Source: Scyliorhinus canicula (lineage: Eukaryota). Taken from it: a stretch of 64,000 nucleotides of DNA. Both the position numbers and the translations under genes were made by a program. The stretch lies in the NCBI RefSeq assembly GCF_902713615.1, contig NC_052149.1, positions 143,115,955-143,179,954 on the forward strand. The letters are read 5' to 3'. Positions 39,040 to 50,700 of this stretch are shown piece by piece (the stretch's first letter is position 1; each line of letters opens with the position of its first letter). The notes under the pieces are model-generated. The model was not told the DNA's origin. It was given only the letters and a program-made list of their open reading frames with translations, and searched no databases.

Positions 39040-39700
39040 TAACATGAGTCAAACCCCAAGGACCTGGATGCACTGCCATAAGAAGTTTAAAGAACTTGCA
39101 CGGGTGGTCAAAATCAGAGACTGCAATTTCAAACGCCATGTCCTAGCCTTGGACACTGCTCACTTCACCACACCTCTATCACTCACTTAATAACCATACT
39201 TTTAAAAAAACATTAAAAAAAATAAATTTAGAGTACCCAATTCATTTTTTCCAATTAAGGGGAAATTTAGCGTGGCCAATCCACCTACCCTGCACATCTT
39301 TGGGTTGTGGGGGCGAAACACATGCAAACACGGGGAGAATATGCAAACTCCACATGGACAGTGACCCAGAGCCGGGATTGAACCTGGGACCTCGCGCTGT
39401 GAGGCAGCAGCGCTAACCACTGCGCCACCGTGCTGCCCTTAACAACCATACTTGAATTCATATGTTTCGCTGAGCCCTGACAACCTTAGTATTGCTGCAA
39501 GCCTCACACATATATCTCTCAGGTTACATAAACAGTCAATTATTCAACCACAACAGCTACATTGCACAGATTTCACAACACCCAATGGCAGTTTTCTTCT
39601 CTTGCAAGACAAGGTGGTGCACAACCAGAAGAAGCAGGAGTTAGCCAGAGATGGATTGATATGCCTGGTTGTCCTGACCCTACAGATGAGATGCTGCTCA
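39040..39700 (+). mobile_element. Harbinger Myb/SANT-like gene relic
   Basis: PRTWMHCHKKFKEL, then after an intron-like gap DKVVHNQKKQE. Confidence 0.65.
39201..39438 (-). mobile_element. Short A-tailed V-SINE with TSD
   Basis: TSD TTAAyAACCATACT. Confidence 0.92.
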
Positions 39701-39709
39701 CCATCACTG

Positions 39710-41670
39710 AGATATATACGCCCCAAATTGGGACAATGTAGAGATTGTGAAGAGGATACTAACAAAGATTCCGGACCTGGATAAGCACTGGCGGATTATG
39801 GAGGGGGATTTTAATACATCCTAGGTTGGGTCGATCATGTCCTGGGTCCCTGAAGGTGTCAGCGATGGTGAATGGGAGGGGTGGATCCGTGGTGGTTTGG
39901 GAAGCCAAGCATGAAGGAATTTTCATTTTTTTCGCATGTCCAGCGGATGTGTTCCCAGATTGATTTTTTTCATCTTTAACAAAACGTTGTTGGCAGGGGT
40001 GGTTGGGGCACCATATTCGGTGATCATGGTGTCTGACCACACGCCACATTGGGTAGACTTGCGGGTGGAAAGGTGGGTGGGGCTCCCAGCGGTCGCACTG
40101 GAGGCTAGATGTGGGGTTGTTAGCCAACAAGTGATTTGCGAAAAGATAGGGGTGGCTGTTTGAAACTATGTGGAGCATAATAAGACGGGCGAGGTCTTGG
40201 ACATGGTTGGGCCCAGTTGCACAAGTTAAATCTGGCAAATTTGGTGGCGGGGATGAAGGAGGATATTAGGAGGTGGGATGTTTTATCGTTGTCGTTAGCT
40301 TAAGGGTCCAGATGGTAAAGATGAGGGTGTTGCTGAGATTTCTGTTTGGCTTCCAAAACCTTCCGTTTTGTGCCCAACTCTTTTTTCAGCTGGGTCAATA
40401 AAATGATTTCAGAGTTCACATGGGCGGATAAGGTACCTCAGACTAGAAGGGTGCTCCTGGAGAAAGATAAACAGAGAGGGGTGTTAGCAATGCCCAGCTT
40501 GCTGGACAACGAACATCACAAGAGTCAGGAAGTAGGCAGTGGAGGAGAAGTCAGTGTGGGGACGGATGGAGGAGGTCTCACGCAGAAGGTCGGGTTTGAG
40601 GCATTGTGCTCACCAGCTAAGTACTCCACAAGCCCAGCAGTGGTATCAGCGTTGAGGGTGTGGAACCAATGCTGACAGCATTTCAAGATGGAAGGCATGT
40701 CGCTATGCGCTGATTTGTGGCAATAATTGGTTTTCTCCGGCCCGATTAGATTCTACATTTAGGGTGTGGGAGTGGATGGGATAGAATGCTTCAGGGACCT
40801 GTTTGCGCTTTATTAGGAACGATCTGGTTTCATTTCCAGGGAGAGAGAGAGACATGCACCGGTACAGGAAGTCAAACAGAAATGGGAAGAGGAGCCAGAA
40901 TGCCGTTCAGGCCAGGATCTGGAGTGAGTCTCTGTGAAGGGTTAACTCACCCTCGCCATGTGCGTTCAGTTCAAAGTGGTACAAAGGGCACACATGACGA
41001 TGTCAAATATGAGTCGATTCTTTCTTGGGGCAGAGGATAGGTGTGGCCGATGTGCAGGGGGGGGGTGGGTCGGGGGGGCAAACTGCGTCCACATGCTCTG
41101 GGCATGACCGAAGCTGAAGGAGTTCTGGAAAGCTTTTGCAGAGACAATGTCAAAATTCTAGGGAGTGAAGGGTGAACCGATCCCGTGGGTGGCAATATTT
41201 GGAGTTTCAGAGCATCCAGGTGTGCAGGTGGGGGGGGGGGGGGGGGGGGGGGGAGAGAGGCTAAACGTGTTGGCTTTTGCCTCCCAGATAACCTGGAGGC
41301 GGATATTGCTGGGGTGGCGGGACCCGGAGCTGCCTAAAGTGGGGGCATGGGTGAGCAACGTGGCGGAGATTCTGCACCTAGAAAACATAACGTTTGCCAT
41401 CAGAAGCATGGATGAGGGGTCCTTCTCGAGGTGGAGACTGTTCATCGGCTTCGCAAGGGAGTGGTAAAATGTCAGCAGGAGGGTGGGGAGGTGGGGTGTT
41501 TCTTCTTTCTGGGATTTGGTACAATTAAAATTGGGGGGGCTGTGTCAGTGAGCAAGGATGTAGAGAAGGGGTAGTTAGGATGTGGTTGCTGCTTGGTGAT
41601 TATTGGTGCTGTTGCTTTCTGTTTCTGTATATACTTGAAAATGCATCTAATTAAAATATTTTAAAAAATA
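39710..41670 (+). mobile_element. L1-clade LINE ORF2 fragments with 3' end, decayed
   Basis: YAPNWD/GGDFN/SDH endonuclease words; C-terminal text parallels the 28.8-30.4 kb copy (VAIFGV..VLAFAS..RRILL.W); A-rich end. Confidence 0.85.
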
Positions 41671-42563
41671 ATAATCTCTGCACAATCAGACTCTCTTATC
41701 TGATTTCAATACCGATGGTACCAGCGCTGCCCAATGAGCAAAGTGTATGGGCCGGATAATACCCAAATTCTCCAATCGAGAAAGCTCAGCTACCGCCTTT
41801 TCCAATCATGCATAGAGAAGGGGGAGTGCTCAAAAATACTTGGATAGGGCCTCCAAGTCGACATTTATGCGGGCTACGGCCCCCTTAATCGTCCCAAATC
41901 GGGGTTGAAACATGTTGGGGTACTTGCCCAACACCTTGCCTAGGCCCCCTGACCCCAGATGAAGGATGCACTGCCAAATGAGCTGCAACTGGTTGAGCCA
42001 ATCACGGTCCAACAAACTAGGGCCTTGATCTCTGATCACAATCAGCGGAAGCTGCGCCGACGGGCGGCCATAAACCACCGGAGTCATGGTAGTTCCTCCG
42101 ATATCCAAAGGACGACCGGTGTAAATGGCCAACTTAACCTTGGTATCCATTCAGTCCAAATCCTGCATCTGCTTCCTATACAGTCGAAAGTGCTTTGACC
42201 CACAACGAAAAACCGCCGACCCGGTGTCTAGCTCCATGTCTAACATGCGCCTGTTGACAGGCACTGCACTCCGAACAGCATCCACTTGGGGTGCTGCCAT
42301 GCAATTTAGTTGCATAGAGTCATCCTCTTCAGGCTCATCCAAGTGGAAAGCACAGGGTCTGCGTGACGTCGGCCTCTACCAAAATGTCTGGATCACTGGT
42401 TCACCTAAGGTCTGTGCTCTCGCTTTGGTTGGTGAACACACATCCCGTAATGACTCAACTTGTCCTCGACCAATTCTGGGGAAGTGTGCCTGGAAACCTT
42501 GGCATTGGGCCAACCATTCAGGCTTTACGTCGCTCTGTCCGCAGCAGGGTAGTAGTCTGGGGA

Positions 42564-42868
42564 TAATAATAATATTTATTATTGTCACAAGTAGGCTCAC
42601 ATTAACACCGCAATAACGTTTCTGTGAAAGTCTCCTCGTCGCCACACTCCGGCGGGTCATTGGGTACACGTAGGGAGAATTCCGAATGTCCAATTCACCT
42701 AACAAGCATGTCTTTTGGGATTTGTGGGAGGAAAGCAGAGCACCCGGAGGAAACCCACACAGACATGGGAAGAACGTGCAGACTCTGCATAGACAGTGAC
42801 CCAAACCAGGAATTGAACCTGGGACCCTGGCGCTGTGAAGCAACAGTGGTAACCACTGTGCTACCATG
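42564..42868 (-). mobile_element. V-SINE with (ATT)n tail
   Basis: Same tail as 26160-26458. Confidence 0.88.
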
Positions 42869-43004
42869 AGGGGCCACTCGCCAGAAGTCGCGTCCCAAGG
42901 CGTTCACTTCCACGTCTTTTATTTCTTGCACCCCTCTCTTTGCGCTTTCCCAAGATAGCGATATGTGTACAGTTTGTTATAGGTTAAGCAAAGATTCGTA
43001 GTAC

Positions 43005-43188
43005 TAAACTCCGTATGCTTCACCCATTGCCCATGTGTGTCTATGTATTTACATTGTGTGTATATATCCATGTCCTATGTTTTTTCATGTATGGAACGAT
43101 CTGTCTGGGCTGTACGCAGAATATTTTTCAATGTACCTAGGTAGATGTGACAATAAATCAAATCAAAATCAAATCAATCAAAATCAAA
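43005..43188 (+). mobile_element. 3' tail of a LINE (Rex1/Babar-like) inserted in Gypsy gag
   Basis: Ends GTGACAATAAA followed by an (AATCA)n microsatellite tail; clade call is tentative. Confidence 0.55.
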
Positions 43189-43806
43189 TATTGTTGGCCC
43201 TGAAAAAGTTATGTATTGTCTTCGCGTACTGATTCCATTCTTCCAGTCAGCATCAAAAGCATCTAACCGTTTGAACAGTGGCATAATGGCACATTATTCC
43301 AACCTTGATCCAATGGTGCAGCAGCGTCGATAATTATCCAGGTTTACCCTCATCGCCAGTTTAGTAAGGCCATGAAGGAGTCCACACCGAGTAGTTAAGG
43401 CAAACATTGGTTTATTTACAACTAAACTATTTACACATAGGGTGAACCTCAACTAGGTCTCCCTCTGCAACCGGTGCCCAACTGGCCAGCTTTATATGTG
43501 GTCCCCTGTACGTTAAGAGGGCCGCACCCCTTTGTCGGGGGAGTTTGTATTCCGCGAGGGACATGGAGAAGTTAATGGTTCCCACCCCGTAGGCCACCTG
43601 TGGGCTATAACACTAAGGGAAAGCATATGGGTGATTATTATTGACTTTTGAATCATATTTGGTATCATATAAGTTTATAAATTTGATTTGGAATGTTTAT
43701 TTTGTGACAGCTTATATTTTTGCCAAAGGATTCTGTGATGATCAGTAAATGTAAGATGTGGGACTGTTGGCGAATGGGGAATTAAGGTTGAGATTACTGG
43801 TATCAC

Positions 43807-44033
43807 GGGCAGCACGGTGACGCAGTGGTTAGCACTGCTGCCTCATAGCACTGAGGTCCCAGGTTCGATCCCGGCTCTGGGTCACTGTCCGTGTGGAGTT
43901 TGCACATTCTCCCCGTGTTTGCGTGGGTTTCACCCCCACAACCCAAAAATGTGCAGGGTAGGTGGATTGGCCACGCTAAATTGCCCCTTAATTAGAAAAA
44001 TGAATTGGGTAATCTAAATTTATATTAAAAAAA
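43807..44033 (+). mobile_element. Short A-tailed V-SINE with 17-bp TSD
   Basis: TSD GAGATTAyTGGTATCAC. Confidence 0.92.
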
Positions 44034-44089
44034 GAGATTATTGGTATCACACTGGATGAGTTCTTCACAAGCTGGCCTGCCAGAAAAGG

Positions 44090-44295
44090 GTATTCTTTGT
44101 TGTCTAGGTTGCCTGCTTTCCCTTCCTCTTTTCCCCCAGCTGTGCATTATATAGCAAGTGGCAAAGGCTATCCTCTCAAGATGATGAGATTGTGCAGCAT
44201 GTATCAGGATACCACTGATCTCAATCTGCTCTGCTAAGCACTGTAGGGCTCCTCCACAGCGGTCCAGACAGCAAAAGAGTTGTTTCAGCATGTCA
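44090..44295 (-). mobile_element. Harbinger transposase C-terminal relic
   Basis: MLKQLFCCLDRCGGALQ...RIAFATCYIMHS. Confidence 0.7.
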
Positions 44296-44339
44296 ACTAT
44301 TTTCTCTATATTTTAGGTAACATCATTTGCTTCACACAT

Positions 44340-44473
44340 GTGGGCGACATGGTGGTTAGCATTGCTGCTTCACGGTGCCAGGTTCCCGAGTTCAATTACG
44401 ACCTTGGGTGACTGCGTGGAATTTGTACGTCCTCCGTGGGATTCTTTCGGGTTCCCCAGTTTCCTCCCACAAT
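44340..44473 (+). mobile_element. V-SINE head/core fragment
   Basis: Decayed A/B boxes and core. Confidence 0.7.
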
Positions 44474-45850
44474 CGATGGAAAAGCTCAGCAGGTCTGGCA
44501 GTATATGTGGAGAGAGAAACAGAGTTAAGGTTTCAAATTCAATAGGACTCATCTTTGAAACTGGAGAGGATTAGTTTTACATTGCTGAAAACGTGGAGAT
44601 GGGGAAAGGGTGGGGCAGACTCTGCAAACTAGAAGGTCAGGGATAGGTTAAAGGCAGGAAAGATTAAATGATAAAGCCGTCACGATAAAAAAGACAAAGG
44701 GAGTGGTACAGTAGTGATCACAAATTAAAGACCGAAACTTTCATCCATAGTAAGTATTAATAGCAGAATAAAGGTCTGTGTTGTCTGAAAGCAAAAGCAT
44801 GAGAAGAAGATAGAATCCGTGGTGTAGAGGTCTGTGTTCTTTATTTGCATTTCCCCTGGATGGTTCCTCGATCTTTACTAAAAACGCACTGACTCTCTGG
44901 CAGCAGATCATTGAAATGTTGCACTAAACATTCAGAAAAATTCTGGTGACGAATTTGCCAGTGTGATTCTGCTAAGATTGCTGCAGGATTAACAAATTCC
45001 TTTCCGCTTGTAGAGATGGACAATGGAGGCATCTTTGTAATCTGGCAGGATGTTTCTTCGCTTCGACACAGACGGAAAAGGTTCCGTGAGCCTCTTGACC
45101 AGGAATTAACATTCAGCCTGTAGACCTCATCTGGGATTACATCAACTCCTGGAACTCTGCTGCCAGCCAAGGCTTTAATTGCTTTTGTCGTTTCAAACAG
45201 TGTGGGAGGATCATCAAAAGTGCAGTTGCTGGCACCTGTGACAGCCTATTGATTGATGATTTGTTGATGCATGTTAGTGCCAACTAATCAGCATGTATTT
45301 CACCACCATGCCCTCCGTTGCCTTCCGTGATGGTATCTTGGTATTGAAGTTAGATATTGAATGGATGGGTAGCTGTTCATTCCAAAACAGCTCCAGGCAA
45401 AGACCAAGGTCTCCCAGGACATATTTTGTGATTTCAGCTTGCTGATAAATGTGCACTAGCTGCTGGTTCAGAGATGGACATACAATGTGACATGGACTTG
45501 TACTCCAATGCATGTGACAACTTTGGCCTTGCGATCAACATGAAGAAAACTGGGGTAATGTACTAGCCTGCTCTAAGGTTTCAGTCCATGACCAGAACCT
45601 ATCAGCAATCAGTTCATTTATCTTGCAGCACATTCCCTTAAGCTGTTTATATTGATGACAAGCCAAATGCAAGAACAGCCAAAGCAAATGTAGCCTTCAA
45701 CAGACTTGGAACACGAGTCCAGTAATGAAGAGGAGTAAATCTGCTTACCAAACTGAAAGTCTGGCCAGTCCATTATGGTTTTCACATGTGAGATTTGGAC
45801 AATGTACCAATGTCATGCCAAGATCAACGACTATCATTTGAACAATTTAA

Positions 45851-46157
45851 TTATAATAATCTTTATTAGTCTCACGAGTAGGCTTACATTAACACTGCAA
45901 GCTAGTTACTGTGAAAATCCCCTAGACGCCACACTCCGGCGCCTGTTCGGGTACACTGAGGGAGAATCCAGAATGTCCAATTCACTTAACAAGCGTGTCT
46001 TTCGGGACTTGTGGGAGGAAACTGGATCACCCGGAGGAAATCCAGGCAGACATGGGGAGAACATGCAGACTCCACACAGTTACCCGAGGCTGGAAATGAA
46101 CCTGGGGCCTTGGAGCTGTGAGGCAACTGTGCTAACCACTGTGCTGCTGTGCCGCCC
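45851..46157 (-). mobile_element. V-SINE with (ATT)n tail
   Basis: Same tail as 26160-26458. Confidence 0.85.
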
Positions 46158-46242
46158 CGGCAGCGTCTGAAGAGCAGATGCAGGGTAAAATTTCAGATAT
46201 ATCAAATACTGAGGTGCTGGCCTAAGGTGGCATGCCACACAT

Positions 46243-46398
46243 GAAAATTAAAATTGCTTATTGTCACGAGTAGGCTTCAAATGAAGTTACTGTGAAAAGC
46301 CCCTAGTCGCCACATTCCGGCGCCTGTTCGAGGAGGTTGTTACGGGAATCGAACTGTGCTGCTGGCTTGCCTTGCTCTGCTTTCAAAGCCAGTGATTT
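46243..46398 (-). mobile_element. Short tRNA-derived SINE without V core, sharing the third tail
   Basis: Head TTTAGCTCACTGGGCTAAA..GTTCGATTCC joined directly to GAACAGGCGCCGGAATGTGGCGACTAGGGGCTTTTCACAGTAAC. Confidence 0.75.
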
Positions 46399-46734
46399 AG
46401 CCCAGTGAGCTAAACAGCATTTACACCATATTGAGACAGTCACAACTGAGTTAGGCTGTCATGAAGCCAGAATATCTGCTACTCACTTACACAGTGAATA
46501 TTCCCAGGATAGCTTGAAACTGGGGTGCACTCTCACGGTGGTCAAATGAAGGCTTCACTTAGCAGTTTTGGTATCACCTACAAGTCTTGGGAGAAGTGCC
46601 AGGATCACTGCACTTGGTACAAGCAAATACAAAAATGGGGCCTCCCTCAAATACAAGCACAATACAGAGGCAAAGAGAAAACACAGGAGAGGAATATCTC
46701 TATCAAATCTAATTCTCATCTCCACGGAAAACAG

Positions 46735-47701
46735 TTCCAACTTCTCTGATCTATCTATACAACTGAAGTTCCTCATCCCTGGAACTATTCTTGTAAATCT
46801 TTTCTGCACACTCTCTAATGTCTTCACATCCTTCCAAAAGTGTCTCTCCAAGATCTTGCTACCAAAGTGAATCGCTTCTCACTTCTCTTCATTAAATTTA
46901 TCAGCCAATTGTTCACCCCTTCCATCAACTTGTCTCTTTGAAGTTCTACATTACCCTCTTTACAGTTCACAATACTTGTAAGTTTCCTATTGTTCGCAAA
47001 TGTTGAAATTGTGCCCTGTTCACCAGGTCAAAGGTCATTGCTGTATAATCAGGAAGAATGGGGGTCTGAACACCAACCCTGGAGAATTTCACCATGAACT
47101 TTCCTCCCGTTTGAAAAACAACCGTTGACCACTACTCTCTGTTTCCTGTCAATCAACCAATTTTGTATCTGTGTTGTTATTGTCCCTTTTATTCCATATG
47201 TCCTAACTTTGCTCAAATGTCTGTGGTGCTGCATTTTGCCAAATGCCTTTTGGAAGATCATGTACACCGCATCAACAGCATTAACCTCATCAACTCCCCC
47301 TGTAATTCATCAAAGATTTCAAGTTAAACACCTAAAAACACGGTGCTGGCTTTCCCACATTTGCCCAAGTAGAATTATTTAAGTGACTATTAATTTTGTC
47401 AATAATTATAGTTTCTAGAAGCTTCCTTGCCACTGATGTTAATCTGGCTGGCTTTTAGTTGCTGGGCTTATCGTTACACCCTTTTTAAACAAGGGTGTAA
47501 CATTTGCAGTTCTCAGGTCCTCACCTTTAAGCACAGACAGCCCATCCAATACCTCCCCTTTATCAATTTTACACTCTTCAGGTGTCTGAATTACCTACCC
47601 TTTCACCATGACCTGCAGAATATTGTCTTCTTTTTAAAGAGAGGTGCAAAGTATTGATTTAAAACCTCACTTGTCATCGTACATAAATCTCCTTAATAGC
47701 C
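46735..47701 (-). mobile_element. Old CR1 fragment, split by the Gypsy and resuming at ~51917-51965
   Basis: KDVKTLESVQKRFTR; NWLIDRKQRVVVNG. Confidence 0.8.
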
Positions 47702-50700
47702 TGATGCGACCATCAATTCACACGAGACAGAGAGTTGAAGTGAACAGTGGTTTTAATCAGCTAGAACTGTGCCTGCCTGCGACTGCTCTGAGAGCCGCCT
47801 GCAGGGCAGCTGCTCTATATACCTCCCCCAAAGGGGCAGAGCCAGGGGCAGAACCCACAAGGGCACAAACATGATACAATGCGATGTAATGTGATACAAT
47901 GGTCCATAGGTGGAGCCCACAAGGGCAATAACATAGTACAATGCAATATAGTGGTGAATGATTGCCACAATACATTCACCACATTCACCCCCTGTTTTAA
48001 AATATTAGTCCAGCGGGGGTGAAGTGGCTCACAGATTGAGTCTGTCCGGCACCTTGATCATGCGCTGCAATCGCCTGAGCTCTGGTTTCGCTGTGGGCAC
48101 GGGTGTTGAACTCGTGGCATGGGGCATGGGTGTTGACTCTGGGAGCGTGTCTTCTGGAGCTTCATCCCTGTAGGTCGGCGATGGGGGGAGGGGGTGTAAG
48201 GGGGGGGGGGGGGTGGTGTAGGTCATGTAGGGGCGGGGACGCTATTCCATGTAGGCTGGGGGTGGGGGGGTAGGTGATGGTCTTAGGGGATCCTACGGGT
48301 GCCAGGTCCCGGAGGGAGACTGTATCTTGTCAGCCGTCGTGGTGCGCCACATAGGCATACTGGGGGTTGGCGTGAAGGAGCTGGACCCTCTCGATCAGGA
48401 GTTCGGACTTATGGCTCCTCACGTGTTTTTGGAGGCGTACAGGCACCGGTGTCGTCAGCCAGGCCGGGAGCGAGACCCCGGAGGTGGATTTCCGAGGGAA
48501 AACAAATAGGCGGTCATGAGGGGTTTCATTCATGGCTGTGCAAAGGAGTGACCTAATGGAGTGGAGCGCATTGGGGAGGACCTCCTGCCAGCGGGAAACT
48601 GGGAGACTCCTAGACCGTAGGAGGCCTTCCATATCGTCGCGTTCTCCCTCTCCACCTGTCCGTTTCCCCAGGGGTTGTAACTGGTAGTCCTGCTCAAGGC
48701 GATGCCCTTACCGAGCAGGTACTGACGCAGTTCATCGCTCATAAACAAGGAGCCCCGGTCACTGTGGACGTAAGTGCGGAAACCGAACAGGGTGAAGATA
48801 CTATGCAGGGCCTTAATGACAGTGGCTGCAGTCATGTCGGGGCAAGGGATTGCAAAGGGGAAGTGGGAGTACTCGTCAACGACATTGAGAAAATATGTGT
48901 TGCGGTCAGTAGAGGGGCCCTTTGAAGTCGATGCTGAGGCACTCAAAGGGCCGGGATGCCTTTACGAGGTGTGCCTTGTCTGGTCGATAGAAGTGCAGCT
49001 TACACTCCGCGCAGATTTGGCAGTCCCTGGTCATGGCCCTGACCTCCTCGGTGGAGTAGGGCAGGTTGTGGGCCTTGATGTAGTGGAGAAGCCGAGTGAC
49101 CGCCGGGTGGCAGAGGTCATTGTGGATGGCCCAGAGTTGGTCATCTTGCGCGCTGGCACATGTGCCGTGTGGCAGGGCATCTGGGGGCTCATTGAGCTAC
49201 CCAGGACGATACACGATATCGTAATTATAGGTGGAGAGTTCGATCCTCCACCTCAAGATTTTATCATTCTTGATCTTGCCCTGCTGTGTATTGTCGAACA
49301 TGAAGGCTACCGACCGTTGGTCGGTGACGAGGGTGAACCTCCTACCAGCAAGTAGTACCTCCAATGCCGCACAGCTTCCACAATGGCTTGAGCTTCTTTT
49401 TCGACTGAGGAGTGTCGAATCTCGGAGGCGTTGAGGGTACGAGAGAAAAAGGCTACGGGCCTGCATGCCTGGTTAAGGGTAGCGCGCATCGCGACTTTGG
49501 CAATATCTGCCTTGATGCGGCTGAAGGCCTGGCGGGCCTCAGCCGTCAGTGGGAAGATAGTGGCTTTGATCAGTGGGCGGGCTTTGTCCGCATAGTTGGG
49601 GACCCACTGGGCATAATAGGAAAAGAACCCGAGGCATCTTTTCAGGGCCTTGGGGCAGTTGCAGGAGGAGGCGCATGTGATCGGGGTTGGACCCTAGGAC
49701 TCCGTTTTCCATCACATAGCCGAGGATGGCCAGTCTCCTTGTTATAAGTGAGGTTGAGGGCTTAGGCGGTTTGAAGAAACTTCTGAAGGTTGGCGTTGTG
49801 GTCCTGCTGGTCGTGGCCGCAGATAGTGATGTTGTCCAAGTACGGAAATGTGGCCCGCAGCCCGTACTGGTCCATCATTCGGTCCATCGTTCTTTGGAAG
49901 ACTGAGACCCCATTGGTGACACCGAAGGGGAGCCGGAGGAAGTGGAAGAGGTGGCCGTCTGCCTCAAAGGCAGTGTAGTGCCGGTCCTCCAGGCGGATTG
50001 GGAGCTGATGGTATGCGGACTTCAGATCTACCGTGGAGAACACCCGGTAATGTGCAATCTGATTCAGCATGTCCGCTATCTGGGGAGGGGCTACGCATCG
50101 AGTTGCGTGTACCGGTTTATGGTTTGGCTGTAGTCTACAACCATCTGGTTCTTCTCCCCAGTCCTGATGACCACCACCTGGGCTCTCCAGGAGCTATTAC
50201 TGGCCTGGATGATCCCCTCCCTCAAGAGCCGCTGGACCTTGGACTTGATAAAAGTCCTGTCCTGGATACTGCACCGCCTGCACCTGCTGGTGACGGGTTT
50301 ACAGTCGGCGGTGAGGTTCGCGAAGAGCAGGGGAGGGTCGACCTTCAGGGTCGCGCGCCTACATACGGTGAGAGGGGGGTACGGGCCCGCCGAACTTCAG
50401 GGTCAGGCTCCTGAGGTTGCACTGGAAATCCAGTCCCAACAGGAGAGGAGCGCAGAGATCAGGGAGGACATATAGTTTAAAATTAGCGTACTCGGCGCCC
50501 TGTTTTGCGAGGTTCGCGACACTGTACCCCCAGATCTGCGCTGAATGCAATCCGGAAGCGAGGGAGATTGTTTGGAATGCGGGGGAAATTCAGAGAGAAC
50601 AGCGCCTTACTATGTCTGGATGTACGAAGCTCTCCATGCTCCCAGAGTCAAACAGACAGGGCGTTTCGTGCCCATTGACCCGGACGGTCATCATCGAGTT

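Larger units (their letters stand above)
41690..43612 (-). mobile_element. Ty3/Gypsy 5' remnant (LTR, tRNA-type PBS, gag, protease)
   Basis: LTR ~43361-43612; PBS TGGCGATGAGGGT directly inside it; gag start MPLFKRLDAFD (ATG at 43284, minus); protease MELDTGSAV and GPSLLDRDWL. Interrupted by a SINE and a LINE tail. Confidence 0.85.
44841..46700. mobile_element. RTE-clade LINE relic in two orientations (minus ~44841-45500, plus ~45512-46700)
   Basis: Minus: PGVDVIPDEVY, LLPESQC.F.KDRGT. Plus: DNFGLAINMKKTGVMY, CEIWTMYQCH, HSHGGQ. Interrupted by two SINEs. Confidence 0.75.
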
